DNA of 63,209 nucleotides, the filler included, from Ministeria vibrans ATCC 50519 (taxonomy: Eukaryota > Protista > Filasterea): the NCBI GenBank assembly GCA_943704425.1. It is 4 parts of 4 records of this genome, joined end to end, with 100 filler letters (N's around TTAATTAATTAA, not from the genome) between each part and the next. Parts side by side here need not be neighbours in the genome. Positions count along the whole stretch, not along the records: positions 1 to 27,811 come from CALSCP010000209.1; 3 more parts are not named here. One strand, written 5' to 3'. The position numbers and the translations under genes were made by a program. The notes beneath the pieces were generated by a model, which saw only the letters and a list, made by a program, of their open reading frames with translations, was not told the origin of the DNA and did no database searches. This document shows positions 13,650 through 27,212 of the stretch, in pieces (position 1 is the stretch's first letter; each line of letters begins with the position of its first letter).

Positions 13650-14431
13650 GACCTGTCAAGCGAGAAAAAAAAAGAGGTCAAAAATGAGAAAGTAAAAAAA
13701 AAAAAAAATCTCAGGTTGTTCTTTGGTTGGGGTCTTGAGAGCACTCAACGGGCCGTGCAGGTTAAGCAGGTTCATGCGGTTGGGCGAGAGAGGGAAGCGC
13801 GAAGGCGGGAAAGAGACACGCTTGCAAGACACGCGTCTGTTCGAGTTGCGAGAGCAGAAAAAAAAAAAAAAAAAAAAAGATGGCGCTTGGGCATCAGACA
13901 CGCATCGGCGGGGGCGCATTGCAGCAGCTACTGATGAAACAAGGTGGCCACTGGGGATTTGACAGCCAAATGGAGCGGGAGAGGAAGAGGGCGCTTGCAG
14001 GGCGCACGGAAACACTGTGGCCTGTCGTGCGCGACCACGATGGCGGTATCTGCCTTGCGCAATGCAACAACATGAGTCGGACAAAGCGAAGAGGGCGGTA
14101 GAGAGCAAGAAAGCGAGGCAGGACAAGGCACAGAGTGGGGTTTTGGTGTCAACATGCGAAAATGTTCACTACTCCGACTCATGGAAACCAAGGCTGATCT
14201 GCACCACACAGTCACATACATACACACATACATACACATACACTTACCGGTGCGCAAGGAGGAACAAAAAAAAAGGTCGAAACTCGAAAGATCAAAGAGT
14301 CAAAAGTGACCAAAATCCAAACTATCTCAAACCTGCGGAGTGTGGAATCGCTATTCAGTATTCACTCCTTTTAGTCTCCAGCATCCTCCGCACGACTAGC
14401 TGCCTTTCAACCGACAGTTTATCAGCTCAGG

Positions 14432-15705
14432 ATGGATACGTACTGGAAGAAAGTGCGCGACCTGATGGTGCACTTGGAGATTATCGACAAAAACAGTCCA
14501 GTCAATGCCAAGGTATGTGGCACGCAGCCACGGGCGCAGCCGTCGACGTGTTAAAGGATGGTGGGGTCTCCGGTCTGCAGTCCCGCGTTGAGAATGGGGC
14601 GTGATTAAAGGGGGAATGTGAGAGTGAGGGCCCTTCTTCGACATGACGAAGTCAAATTCCGTCTTCTGCTCTCCTGCCGCCGCTTCTTCTGCGCGCGCGA
14701 CTGTCTTTCTCGTTGGTGTGGTATCTGGGGAACTGTGTGAGGGACAGGAGTTGCGTGTCGTGAGCGTCTGCTGCGCTTCTTTGGCACTTTTTCGTCTTTC
14801 GTTTCTCGTTTTTTTTCCTCGGCCGACGTGGAAATCCACGTCTCTGAGGGTGCGTACGTCTCAACGACCTATGTGTCGTCTCTTTGTGATGTCTTCTTGC
14901 TCCTTTTGCAGTCTTCTTCTTTGAGACATTCACAATTCGAACGGATTTTTTTTTTTTATTGTTCAATCGGTTCGGGCGGGGCAATGTACCCCTTGGGAAG
15001 GCGCCAGGAGCCTTCTCGAGCGGCTCTGGGTGCAGCGAAATGAATTCCTTGTGGATATCGCTGGCCGTGGCGGTCATGGGACGTCGTTGAGTCGTTGAAA
15101 TTCGGTGTCATCTTCACACATCGTTTTTTTTTTTTTATAATTATAATATTTTACAAAATCTCACCGACCGCTTCTCTCCACTTTTGGACTGTTCTGTGTG
15201 CAGGAGGCGACTGTGCTTGACTTTGCGGTTGCGCTCAAGGACGGCTTCTCGATGTGTCAGTTCGCCAATACGCTTGAGGCGGGCACTGTGACGCGCATGC
15301 ACAAGAACCCCCAACTGCAGTTTTTGTGCTTTGAAAACATTGGCGCATTCCTGGTGGCGTGCGAGAAGCGCTTTGGTCTCAAGAAGAAGGAACTCTTTAC
15401 GGTCGACGACCTGTTCTATGCCGCTGACTTTGGCAAAGTCATCACGACGTTGAGTGCACTGACGCGTTGCAAACAGGCACGAAACAATCCCAACATTGTG
15501 GCACTTGCGCCCCCCGTGGTACAGACGCGCACCGACAGCCACGGCGACGACGGCGGCGACTACGACGACATCTACGAGCATCTTCCGTCGCTTGTGGAGA
15601 ACGTCGAGCCCGACTCAATCTACTACGATGCTCGTATGGGTGTTGCTCCTCCCAGTGAGGTGCCTTCCGACAAGGTAATAATAATAATAATAATAAAAAT
15701 AATAA

Positions 15706-15764
<59 letters not shown>

Positions 15765-16765
15765 TTTTATTATTTTGTTACTATTATTTTTGGCATTTGA
15801 TTCAGCGACTGATTGTTTTTGTGTAGTTGGACTATGAGGACGTTGAAGACATTTATGAGGCACTGCCGGCAGTGCAGCTACAGAAAATGACTTTGAAGTT
15901 GGAGCAGACGGTGATTCCCGGTGTTCCTCAAATTGGTAATTAATAATGGTTTTTTGTTTATAATAATAATAATAATAATGTTATTGATGTATCCTTTTTC
16001 TTCTTGTAACAGACAAGCGAACGTACATTCTGGACGAACTGCTGGAGACAGAGCGTAACTACACACGGGACCTTGAGGTGATGGTGGAGTGCTTCTACGA
16101 CCCATGCCGCCAGAGCAACAAATGGGCGTCAACCGACATTGACATTATCTTCAACAACGTCGTCGATCTTTACAAGGTCCACGTCCATCTTTTGGGGAAA
16201 CTCCAGACTGCCGTTGTCGAGGTACCATTTTTGTTTTTTGTTGTTTCAGTTACCATGGAGTTATTATAAATTGTTTTGTGTTGTACATTATTAATATTTT
16301 TTTGTGTGCGTAGGAGAAAGGTGTTGATGTGGCTCGCGTGTTCCTTGCCGCTGTCGAGGATCTCATGCAGTATTCCCAGTACTGTGCGTACATTGAAGAC
16401 GCCGATTCCAAAATTATTGAACTCTGCGACAAACGACCCGACTTCAAGGTACCATCTTTTTTTTTTTTTTGTGTGTGAGTACTATTCACTTGTTTTTTTT
16501 GTGTGTGAGTACTATTCATGTTGTGTAATGCTAAAGTTCTCTTTGTGCCTTCTTTTTCACTTTAATAGGAGTTTTTGCGTCAGGCAAAGAGCCGCAGTGG
16601 ACAGAACTTTGCATTGAAGGATCTGATCAAGACTCCCATGCAGCGTATTCTGCGCTACCCTCTCCTGTTGGGCGAGCTACTCAAGAAGACGGACCCGGAC
16701 CACAGAGACCACGCTTCACTTACCTCTTGTCTGCGATCTCTCAAAGAAGTATGGAGATTATTCTA

Positions 16766-16804
<39 letters not shown>

Positions 16805-18823
16805 TGTTTGTTTTGTTTTGTTTTTGTGATGTACATGTGTGCATGTGTCTTTGTGATGTGCTTGATTGATTGATTGTTGTGGTACATAGGTTGCTGTGTC
16901 TATTAACGAGGCGAAGCGTGATCGTGAGAACATGAAGAACGTGATGAATCTGCAGGGCCGTCTCGAAGGATACAATGGACCCGATCTCATTACCATGGGT
17001 AAACTTGTCAAGGATGGAGAGGTCGAAGTTCGCACGGACGGAGAGAAGGTAAATACTATACGCCGTTGACAGATCCGAGGCAAAGTGAGAGACTTTTAAT
17101 TTTATTCTTTTTGACGAGTGTAGAAGATGAAGCGACGGTTTGTATTCCTGTTCGACTTGGGACTGATTGTGTGTCAGCTCAAGGGCAACTCGTACGTGTA
17201 CAAGCAGACGGTGATGCTGTCGGGCCATGTGCTGGAAGACTCTGGCGGCCACAATGTCCATGCGTGGATTCTGCGTAATGTCAAGGCCGTACGCACCCAA
17301 AGTTTTGTTTATTGTGCACGCGTCGCCTCATTACTCTTTGTCTTGTTTGGTGTGTGTTACGTAGGACAAGGAGACGATTATGTTTCTGTGCAAAACGGTT
17401 GAGATCAAAGCACGCTGGCTGACTGCCTTCACTGCGGCCATCAGCAACACCCCCGATGCCCTTGTGCTCATGCACCGTCAGAAGATTTCCGATGTGCGCG
17501 GCACCGACGATGCTCCGAGGCAGCACGGTAGGCCATACAAGACGCAAAATGTTTGTTGCTAACCAAGTAATAATTATTATTATCATGTAGAATTGAAAAT
17601 GTTTACGTACTCCAAGGCGACCTTTTGCGTACATTGCCAATCATTGCTGTGGGGCATTGCGAACCAGGGATTCAAGTGCCAGGGATGTGGCATTGACTGT
17701 CACAAGAGATGCATTTCGCACATTGACCCGGAGTGCAGACCGCGCAACTTGGGGCGGTCGTCGGCGCCGGTGTCCGCCGCACAGCCCGTGTCAAAGAAGA
17801 AGAGCAAGATAGAGAAGAAAAAGAAGGGCAAGGAGGCAATGGATCTGAGCTGGATGAAGGGCAACGGGTCGAATGCGAGCGGCGATAGTTCCGATAGGCT
17901 TGCCACGGGTTCGTCTCACTCGTCGTTGCGCGGTGGTCAAGAGGAGCCGACGACGGTTCAGGCGCGCTACGAGTTTGTCGCCAAGGATTCCAATGAGCTC
18001 AGTTTCTCCGCCGGCGACCTTATTTTGTTGCTGGATCGCTCCAATCCTGCCTGGTGGAAGGTAAGAGGGAATGAGAAGGACAGGGGAAAAGAGGGGGATT
18101 GATTTTTTGTGTGATTTTTATTTGTCTGTAGGGACGATTGGAGGGCAATGTGGGGTACTTTCCGTCGACGTATGTGGTGCTTCAGGATGGCACGGCGGCT
18201 GCCGTTGAGAAGAAGACTCGGCCATCGTACGACCTTGTGTGTGTGTGTGTGTGTGTGTCTTTGTGGTGTGTGTGTGTCTTTGTGTCTTTGTGGTGTATGT
18301 CTTTGTGGTGTGTGTGTGTGTGTTGTTGTTGTTATTGTTGTGTGTGTATGTGTGTGTGTCTTTGTGTCTTTGTGGTGTATGTCTTTGTGGTGTGTGTGTG
18401 TTGTTGTTGTTGTTGTTGTTGTTGTGTGTGTGTGTATTAACAATTTATTATTTATTTTGTTCTTTAGGGAAAAGATGACGTCGTCTTTTTTGCCGTCCAA
18501 GGGACTCGGAGACGCATCGCGAATGGGAGTGGGAGAGATGCCCACGGCTGTTGGGGTGGTTGTACCGGCCGCCACGACGGGTGCGTTAACGGTAGGTACA
18601 GTGGGCATGGGCGACGACGGCGACTACGACATGGTCGAGGGGGCGTGGCAGGGCAGCCCGTGGTTCTTTGGCAAGCTTAGTGGAGACAAGGCCAAGTCGC
18701 TGCTCATCGACTGTGAGCCAGGGACCTTTCTGGTTCGCGAGAGCGAAGGTCGTCCGGGAGATTACTCAATGTCGCTCAAGTAAGAGATTGAACGGAGAGT
18801 AGGGAGACTTTTGGTTGTCTGAC

Positions 18824-18859
<36 letters not shown>

Positions 18860-19043
18860 GAATAGGAACCTGAGCTCAGTCAAGCACGTGCGCATTGTGC
18901 AGAAGGCCAACCGGTACTCATTGGCCGACACAAAGTACTTCAACAGTATTCCCGAGATTGTCCAGACGTACCTTGAAGAGTCCCTTGAGAAGTACTTTCC
19001 CGATTTGCCTGTCACTCTCACTGGCTACCCTTCTCGGTCGTAG
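14432..19043 (+). CDS. VAV: Vav-family Rho GEF (CH-acidic-DH-PH-C1-SH3-SH2)
   Basis: Exon 1 MDTYWKKVRDL..|EATVLDFAVALKDG (CH), acidic DDIYEHL/EDIYEAL, DH (ILDELLETERNY..LKDLIKTPMQRILRYPLLL), PH (RFVFLFD), C1 (FCVHCQSLLWG..GFKCQGC..HKRC), SH3 (ARYEF..ELSF..WWKG), SH2 (WFFG..GTFLVRES). Confidence 0.93.
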
Positions 19044-19261
19044 GCCCGTTTACTTTTTTTTTTTGCGTGTCATGTGTGTTTTGTGTGAGTGTGTGTGTGA
19101 GAGAGACTCTAAGAAAGAGAAAAACTGTATTTTTGCTGCCCTCTTTTTTGTGTTTTCTTTGTTCTTGTCTCCCTCCTACGTGTGTTTCCTTTCTATATTC
19201 ACCAATACAAAGATGCTTTTTATATAATTTTTTAAACAAAATTAGATGAAGAGTATCGGTA

Positions 19262-19360
19262 GGGTTTATTTGAACTGTTAAAAATGGGGTTTATTTGAAC
19301 TGTTGAAAATGGGTTCATTTGAACTGTTAAAAATGGGGTTTATTTGAACTGTTAAAAATG
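19262..19360. repeat. Four tandem copies of a ~25-bp unit GGGTTTATTTGAACTGTTAAAAATG
   Basis: Directly visible head-to-tail copies with 1-2 differences and no spacers; on the - strand three of four units contain AATAAA. Confidence 0.95.
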
Positions 19361-19384
19361 AAGTTGCTTTTGTTGCTCTTTGCT

Positions 19385-20646
19385 TCAAGTGGAGAGAATC
19401 TGTTCAACTTGAGCGTAAAGAGAAACGGTGGCTACGCTGGAGAAGAGAGGAGGAGGAGGACTGACGGGGGGGTGGGGTTGTCGGGTGCCAACGAGGAGAA
19501 TTGCGTCGAGCTCTGGGAGTGAGAGAGGAGCGAGAGGAGACGCGCTGTTTGCTGAGACAGTTGGCGTGCGAGCACATTGCGACGCTGTTGTGCTTTCTGT
19601 TGTTGTTGTTGTTGTTGTTGGTGCTCGGAGTGACGGGGCTGGGAGCAACCGTCGATGAGCAGAAGACAGAGGAAGAGGATGAGACAGCGTTCCCACTGCA
19701 GGGGAATTTCAAGTGCGGCAGACTTGAGTGAAACGCTGTCAAGCTCTTCCGAGCTCTTCTTTTTGGTCCTTTTGGCCTTTGATGTTGCAGACTCACTGGC
19801 ACCCGGACCGGCGGTGCTTGGCGTGTTACTGAGCGAACGCAAATGCTCGTCGACGGTTTTTGCGTGTGCAAGGCGTCGTTGAGCAGCGCTCAGCCAGTGA
19901 GTCTGCATCGCTTCGAGCTGGCCCACCAGTCCGAGCGAGTCTGAGTCCTGCAAGTCGCGACGAGCGCGCGCGAGCAGTTGTGAGGCAATCTCATGCATGC
20001 CCTTGAGCAAGGAGGCCTGGTCGCGTTCCAGTTGACCGACCGTGGCGGTGAGCATGGTTGATTCGCTGTACATGGCCTGTGCGCGTCCTTCGAGTTCGCC
20101 CACTTCATTGTGTGCTCGGTCGCGAATCTTCTGCGCTGCACGACGGTTTGTCAAGCGGCGTTGCTGAAGGCGCTCTTCCGCACTGTAGGGTCTTCTTCGA
20201 CGGCCTAATTAAAAACAAGGGAGCAATTAGATCCCCAATGAAAAAGTGCCACGACAACAGCAAAGTGCTCGACCGACGTGGAACATCCAAAAGGAAGGCT
20301 GGAAAGGGGCGCAACGACCATGCAGCGGCACACCGCACATCATACAAGTACTGACAGGGCCATTTGGAACAGAAAGCGGAGCAGGATGATAAACAAAAGA
20401 GCCGTTTTTGTTTTCTGTTTCTGTTTTTTTTTTTTTTTTTTTTTTTTTTTGGGGGGGGGTTTTCTGTCTCTCTGTGTTTCTTTCTTTTCAGGCGCAGTTG
20501 GTTGTGTGCATCGACATACCTTCACTGCCGCTGCCACTGTGCGCCCGTCGAATGGGGCCGACGGACGACGATTGAGAGGATTCCGACACATCATCGACCA
20601 AACAGTCGTCTGAAGCCATGCCGGGCGACCACGCCTCGTCTTCCAT
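19385..20646 (-). CDS. XBP1: XBP1/HAC1-like bZIP transcription factor (unspliced form stops at 19432, 299 aa; IRE1-spliced form stops at 19385, 308 aa)
   Basis: Exon 1 20646-20520, exon 2 from 20204; basic region RRRRPYSAEERLQQRRLTNRRAAQKIRDR plus zipper (NRxAAQxxRDR typical of XBP1/HAC1); twin IRE1-type stem-loops downstream; overlapping second reading frame. Confidence 0.85.
19699..19718 (-). other. Predicted IRE1-excised 20-nt unconventional intron
   Basis: - strand reads TCAAGT-CTG/CCGC-ACTTGA AA TTCCC-CTG/CAGT-GGGAA: two stems each with a 7-nt CNG/CNGN loop. Confidence 0.85.
20235..20253 (+). promoter_or_regulatory. ERSE consensus CCAAT-N9-CCACG in intron 1 of the XBP1-like gene
   Basis: CCAAT gaaaaagtg CCACG is an exact match to the mammalian ER stress response element; function untested. 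Confidence 0.55.
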
Positions 20647-20951
20647 GGTCCACGGCGAGAGTGGGATCAAACGGAGATGCGAAAGACGGGAGGAGTACGG
20701 AAGTCGCAAAGGACCAAAAAAAATATAATAATAAGAATTATTATTGAATATTGATTGAAATTCTGAAAATCAGTCAGCTCCAAGTTCACCAATAACAAAC
20801 CAATAATAATAGGGGTGTCGTAAACTGTCGTTTCAATCAATAGAGTACCTTGGGGCTTGGGCTTCTGTCCTCGCCTCCTCGGCACTCCTCTCGTACTTCT
20901 CGAATCAGTCATCGATTTGATGTGTGTGTTAAAACTGATTATAATTATTTA

Positions 20952-21533
20952 ATGCAGAACTGGCTGGCACTTTCCCTTTGCCTGGCGCTGTATGGCCACT
21001 GCTGCAGTGCTGCTGCTCCAGACTTCTTCCAGGTTGAGGTCAACACGCAGCTGGGGACGGCGACATTCAACGTGACGCGATCGTGGAGTCCGCACGGCGT
21101 CGACCACTTCTACGATCTCGTCCAGGCTGGCTTCTACGACGACTGCGCCTTCTTTCGAGTCATCACAGGCTTTGTGGCACAGTGGGGCATCAATGGAACG
21201 CCCAGCGTCAACGAGAAATGGAACGGGACGATCGCGGACGATCCCGTTGTGAAGAGCAACCTGCGCGGCTTTGTCTCGTACGCCATGGACTCCAACCCCG
21301 ACTCGCGCACGACCCAGATCTTTGTCAACTACGCAGACAACTCTCGTCTTGATGCTGAGGGATTCGCGCCCTTTGCCGTCGTCTCGGAGGCTGACATGGC
21401 GCTCTTTGACAAGCTGTATGCGGGCTATGGCGAGCAGCCCGATCAGGAGCTCATCTACCGCGACGGCAACCCCTACCTGAAGCAACACTTTCCCAAGCTT
21501 ACTTACCTTGTAACGGCGCGACTGAAGAAATGA
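20952..21533 (+). CDS. Secretory cyclophilin-type peptidyl-prolyl isomerase (PpiA-like), intronless
   Basis: Signal-peptide-like N-terminus; GFYDDCAFFRVITGFVAQWG, SNLRGFVSYAM, SRTTQIFVNYADNSRLD..GFAPFAVV. Confidence 0.9.
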   Translation: MQNWLALSLCLALYGHCCSAAAPDFFQVEVNTQLGTATFNVTRSWSPHGVDHFYDLVQAGFYDDCAFFRVITGFVAQWGINGTPSVNEKWNGTIADDPVVKSNLRGFVSYAMDSNPDSRTTQIFVNYADNSRLDAEGFAPFAVVSEADMALFDKLYAGYGEQPDQELIYRDGNPYLKQHFPKLTYLVTARLKK

Positions 21534-21703
21534 AAGGAAGCCAGTCGCTTGAGTCAATAATGCATCAAAAGAAAGTTTAACTCGCTTGCTTGATTATCGG
21601 CATGTCAAGGGAGTTCAATGCGAACACTTTCGTGTCGTCCAACGACGATAAACACATCGGTATGAAACTGAAAAAAAACTCAGAACAATAAACAAACTAT
21701 ATT

Positions 21704-22525
21704 TTATACGTCCTTGCGCTTCTTTCGCGGCGGCTGATCGTCCTCGTCTGCGTCGTCGCTAATGTCGACGTCGTCGCCTGCCTCGGCACCTGCACGGGTC
21801 GCGTCGAAATCTTCGTTGTCGTCGGCATCTTCGTCGAGTAGATCGTCACCAATAAGGGCAGCCAGACCCGGTCCACTCTCGTCGGACTCGTCCGATTCGT
21901 AGTCGTCGTCGTCTTCGTCGTCGTCGTCCTCCTCCTCGTCGTCGTCCTCATCGCCGTTCATTCCACGGTCTTCCATTTCTTCTCCCTTTTCATTGGTGCC
22001 GTCCAGAGCCACAAGAGACGGGAACTGTTTGAAGAGGCGCTGGCGATAGCCGTCCAATGCCGCGACCGGACAGTTGCCCAAGTCAAGCCACTGAAGCTTT
22101 TCAAGCACCTTAAGCGGCGCCAACGCCTCGAATGACGCCACTTTGTTCCCTGAGAGATTCAAGTAGCGCAGTTCAAGGCAGCCCGCAATGCTAGCCACAT
22201 CGGCGATGCGATTGTCGCCCAACTCAAGCTACACAGAGGATGAAAGGTCATCGACAAACACCCAAATGTTTCCCTTACTCGAAGGAGTTTGGGCAGCTTG
22301 GGCAGCTTTGCAAGCGAGCGAAGACCCACGCCGACGGCCGAGAGGGACGTGAGCTCCTTAAACTGTGCTGTGAGCCCTTCGATATCCGTCGCATTGCTCC
22401 CGTCGAGAACGAGTGCTTTCACCTACGCCAGAAGCATGTTCGTCACACGAAACATTGTCAGTGCAAACCAGTCTAACCTCTTCAGGCTGACGCCCACGCA
22501 GCTCTTTTATGATTCTTGCTTCCAT
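21704..22525 (-). CDS. ANP32: Acidic leucine-rich nuclear phosphoprotein 32 family
   Basis: [16 protein letters not shown]|[50 protein letters not shown], acidic tail, C-terminal NLS PRKKRK. Confidence 0.93.
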
Positions 22526-22649
22526 TTGAAAGTTGAACTGTGATGGAACTGTGTGTGGACGAATGAATATGAGTTAAACTTTGATTCCCTATCTCAATTA
22601 AAATTGATTATTCATCAATCGTTATTCATTATTATCAGTTCTTGTTTCA

Positions 22650-23175
22650 ATGGCCACTAGCAACACCGCTCAGGCCAGCGACGGTGTCACCGAATACCGC
22701 GAACACCTGAGAAGAACGAGCACCGATGTGTGTGCACAAGTCAGTGTCAACCTGAAAAATCTCGTCGAACAGGCGACCGTGACACCGCAAGGAATGCTCT
22801 CGGATGCCGTACAGGTACCCACCTCGCGACATCCGCATGCACCAATAGTCCGAGTTTTCCTCAGTTGTTTGTCCTTGTGCTTGTTTTATCGTTGTCCATT
22901 TTCCCATCCAGATCACACACGACCGATACGCAAGTTCGGTGCACGCCAGCAACCTGGTGCGCTCCATCGAGTCGCTGCAGGCGTTTCTCTTGTCGCTCAA
23001 AGAGACGGCGCTCGTCAACGACTTTCCTGCACGCAACGCGGTGACCCACGAACGCAACGAGTCACTGGCCGAACAACAGCGACAAGTGGACGCCTCTGTG
23101 GACTCGTGCGTCGACGACGCCCGCTCCCTTTTGCACGACATGGAGGCACTCTGGTCGGCATCCTCCTTCAAGTAA
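22650..23175 (+). CDS. MED22: Mediator subunit 22 (two exons)
   Basis: VHASNLVRSIESLQAFLLSLKETALVNDFPARN resembles MED22 [33 protein letters not shown]. Confidence 0.8.
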
Positions 23176-23211
23176 GATGTATGGGGTAAAGAGGAGATGT
23201 ATATACTTTGT

Positions 23212-26140
<2,929 letters not shown>

Positions 26141-26366
26141 AAGAAGAGCCAGATAAATAGAGTTGCAAAAGCCCCTAAGCAGAGTAGTAGAGTTAACCGG
26201 GGTATAAAAATAAGTTGGACTTTGAAATGCTCAAGGTGGTTTGAAGTGATTTGTCATTCCAAGTAATAAGTTCTACAAATTTCACTAAAGTTCAATTATT
26301 TTTCTTTCTCTCTCTGTCTAACTCCCAAGTCTCATTCGAAGTTTGAATCACCTGCTTCTTTTAACG

Positions 26367-27083
26367 ATGGCCCGTTCAGCACCCAGCCGTCGAGCGGCAG
26401 CAGCCGCCAACAGTGCCATGACGAAACAGACAAAGAAAACGACAACATCGTCCGTGACGCAATCTGCCGAGGCGACCGCCCCGCCCCCAAGCAGAGTCGC
26501 GAGTAAGTCGACCGTGGCCCGAAGACAAGGGGACGGTCCGGAAAATTCGAGCGCGCGAAATTCGAACACGTCGAAGGACAAAACGTCCTCCAAAGCAAGC
26601 CGCAGCACGGCCAAGCGAACGGACAGCGCGCCAGAGACGGCAATGGACGCCGCGTTGGGCAGTCCTGCAAAGACAGACGTGTCGTTTGCCTTTGAGGAGG
26701 ACGACGACGACAACGCGCAACGGCCGCCATCCAAAAAGACAGTTCCGTCTGCCCCGACCACCCCGCAGCGCACCCCGCAGCGCCCACCCGCCACCTCCAC
26801 GCCAACCACCACCACGGACGCCCCGGCACGCTCGCCACCCTCAGCACTCACCCACAAAATGCGCATCCGCACTGTGACGGCAAAGCGAACCTTCGCCGAC
26901 TTTACCGTTGAAAGTATCAGTGCTGCGGCGGCTTCCGAGTCTGCTGCGCAGTCCAAGAAACGCAAGCGTGCCACGGAAGCGGACTTTAATGCCAAGGCGG
27001 ACGCCGAGCTCGAAGAACAACGGCGGTATTTTGCCTCCATTGCGCAGAAGCCATTGGTGGACACGACCAACCTGGATTTTTAA
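26367..27083 (+). CDS. Disordered basic protein with Sororin-like C-terminal motif
   Basis: Single ORF, S/T/P/K-rich with TP sites, SFAFE motif, KKRKR NLS, C-terminal AELEEQRRYFASIAQKPLVD. Confidence 0.55.
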   Translation: MARSAPSRRAAAAANSAMTKQTKKTTTSSVTQSAEATAPPPSRVASKSTVARRQGDGPENSSARNSNTSKDKTSSKASRSTAKRTDSAPETAMDAALGSPAKTDVSFAFEEDDDDNAQRPPSKKTVPSAPTTPQRTPQRPPATSTPTTTTDAPARSPPSALTHKMRIRTVTAKRTFADFTVESISAAAASESAAQSKKRKRATEADFNAKADAELEEQRRYFASIAQKPLVDTTNLDF

Positions 27084-27212
27084 TTTTGTTTTATTTTCAT
27101 ATGTTTTCGTTCCTTTCAATGCAACACGATATCTTTAACTGTTCGATGACTTCGATCAAAAAGAAAGAATAAACAAACCAAAAAAAGGATCTTTGTTTAC
27201 GTACAACAAGGT

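Noticed and set aside
19262-19360. Possible CRISPR array
   Set aside because: Units are contiguous with no unique spacers, the context is eukaryotic, and no cas genes are present.
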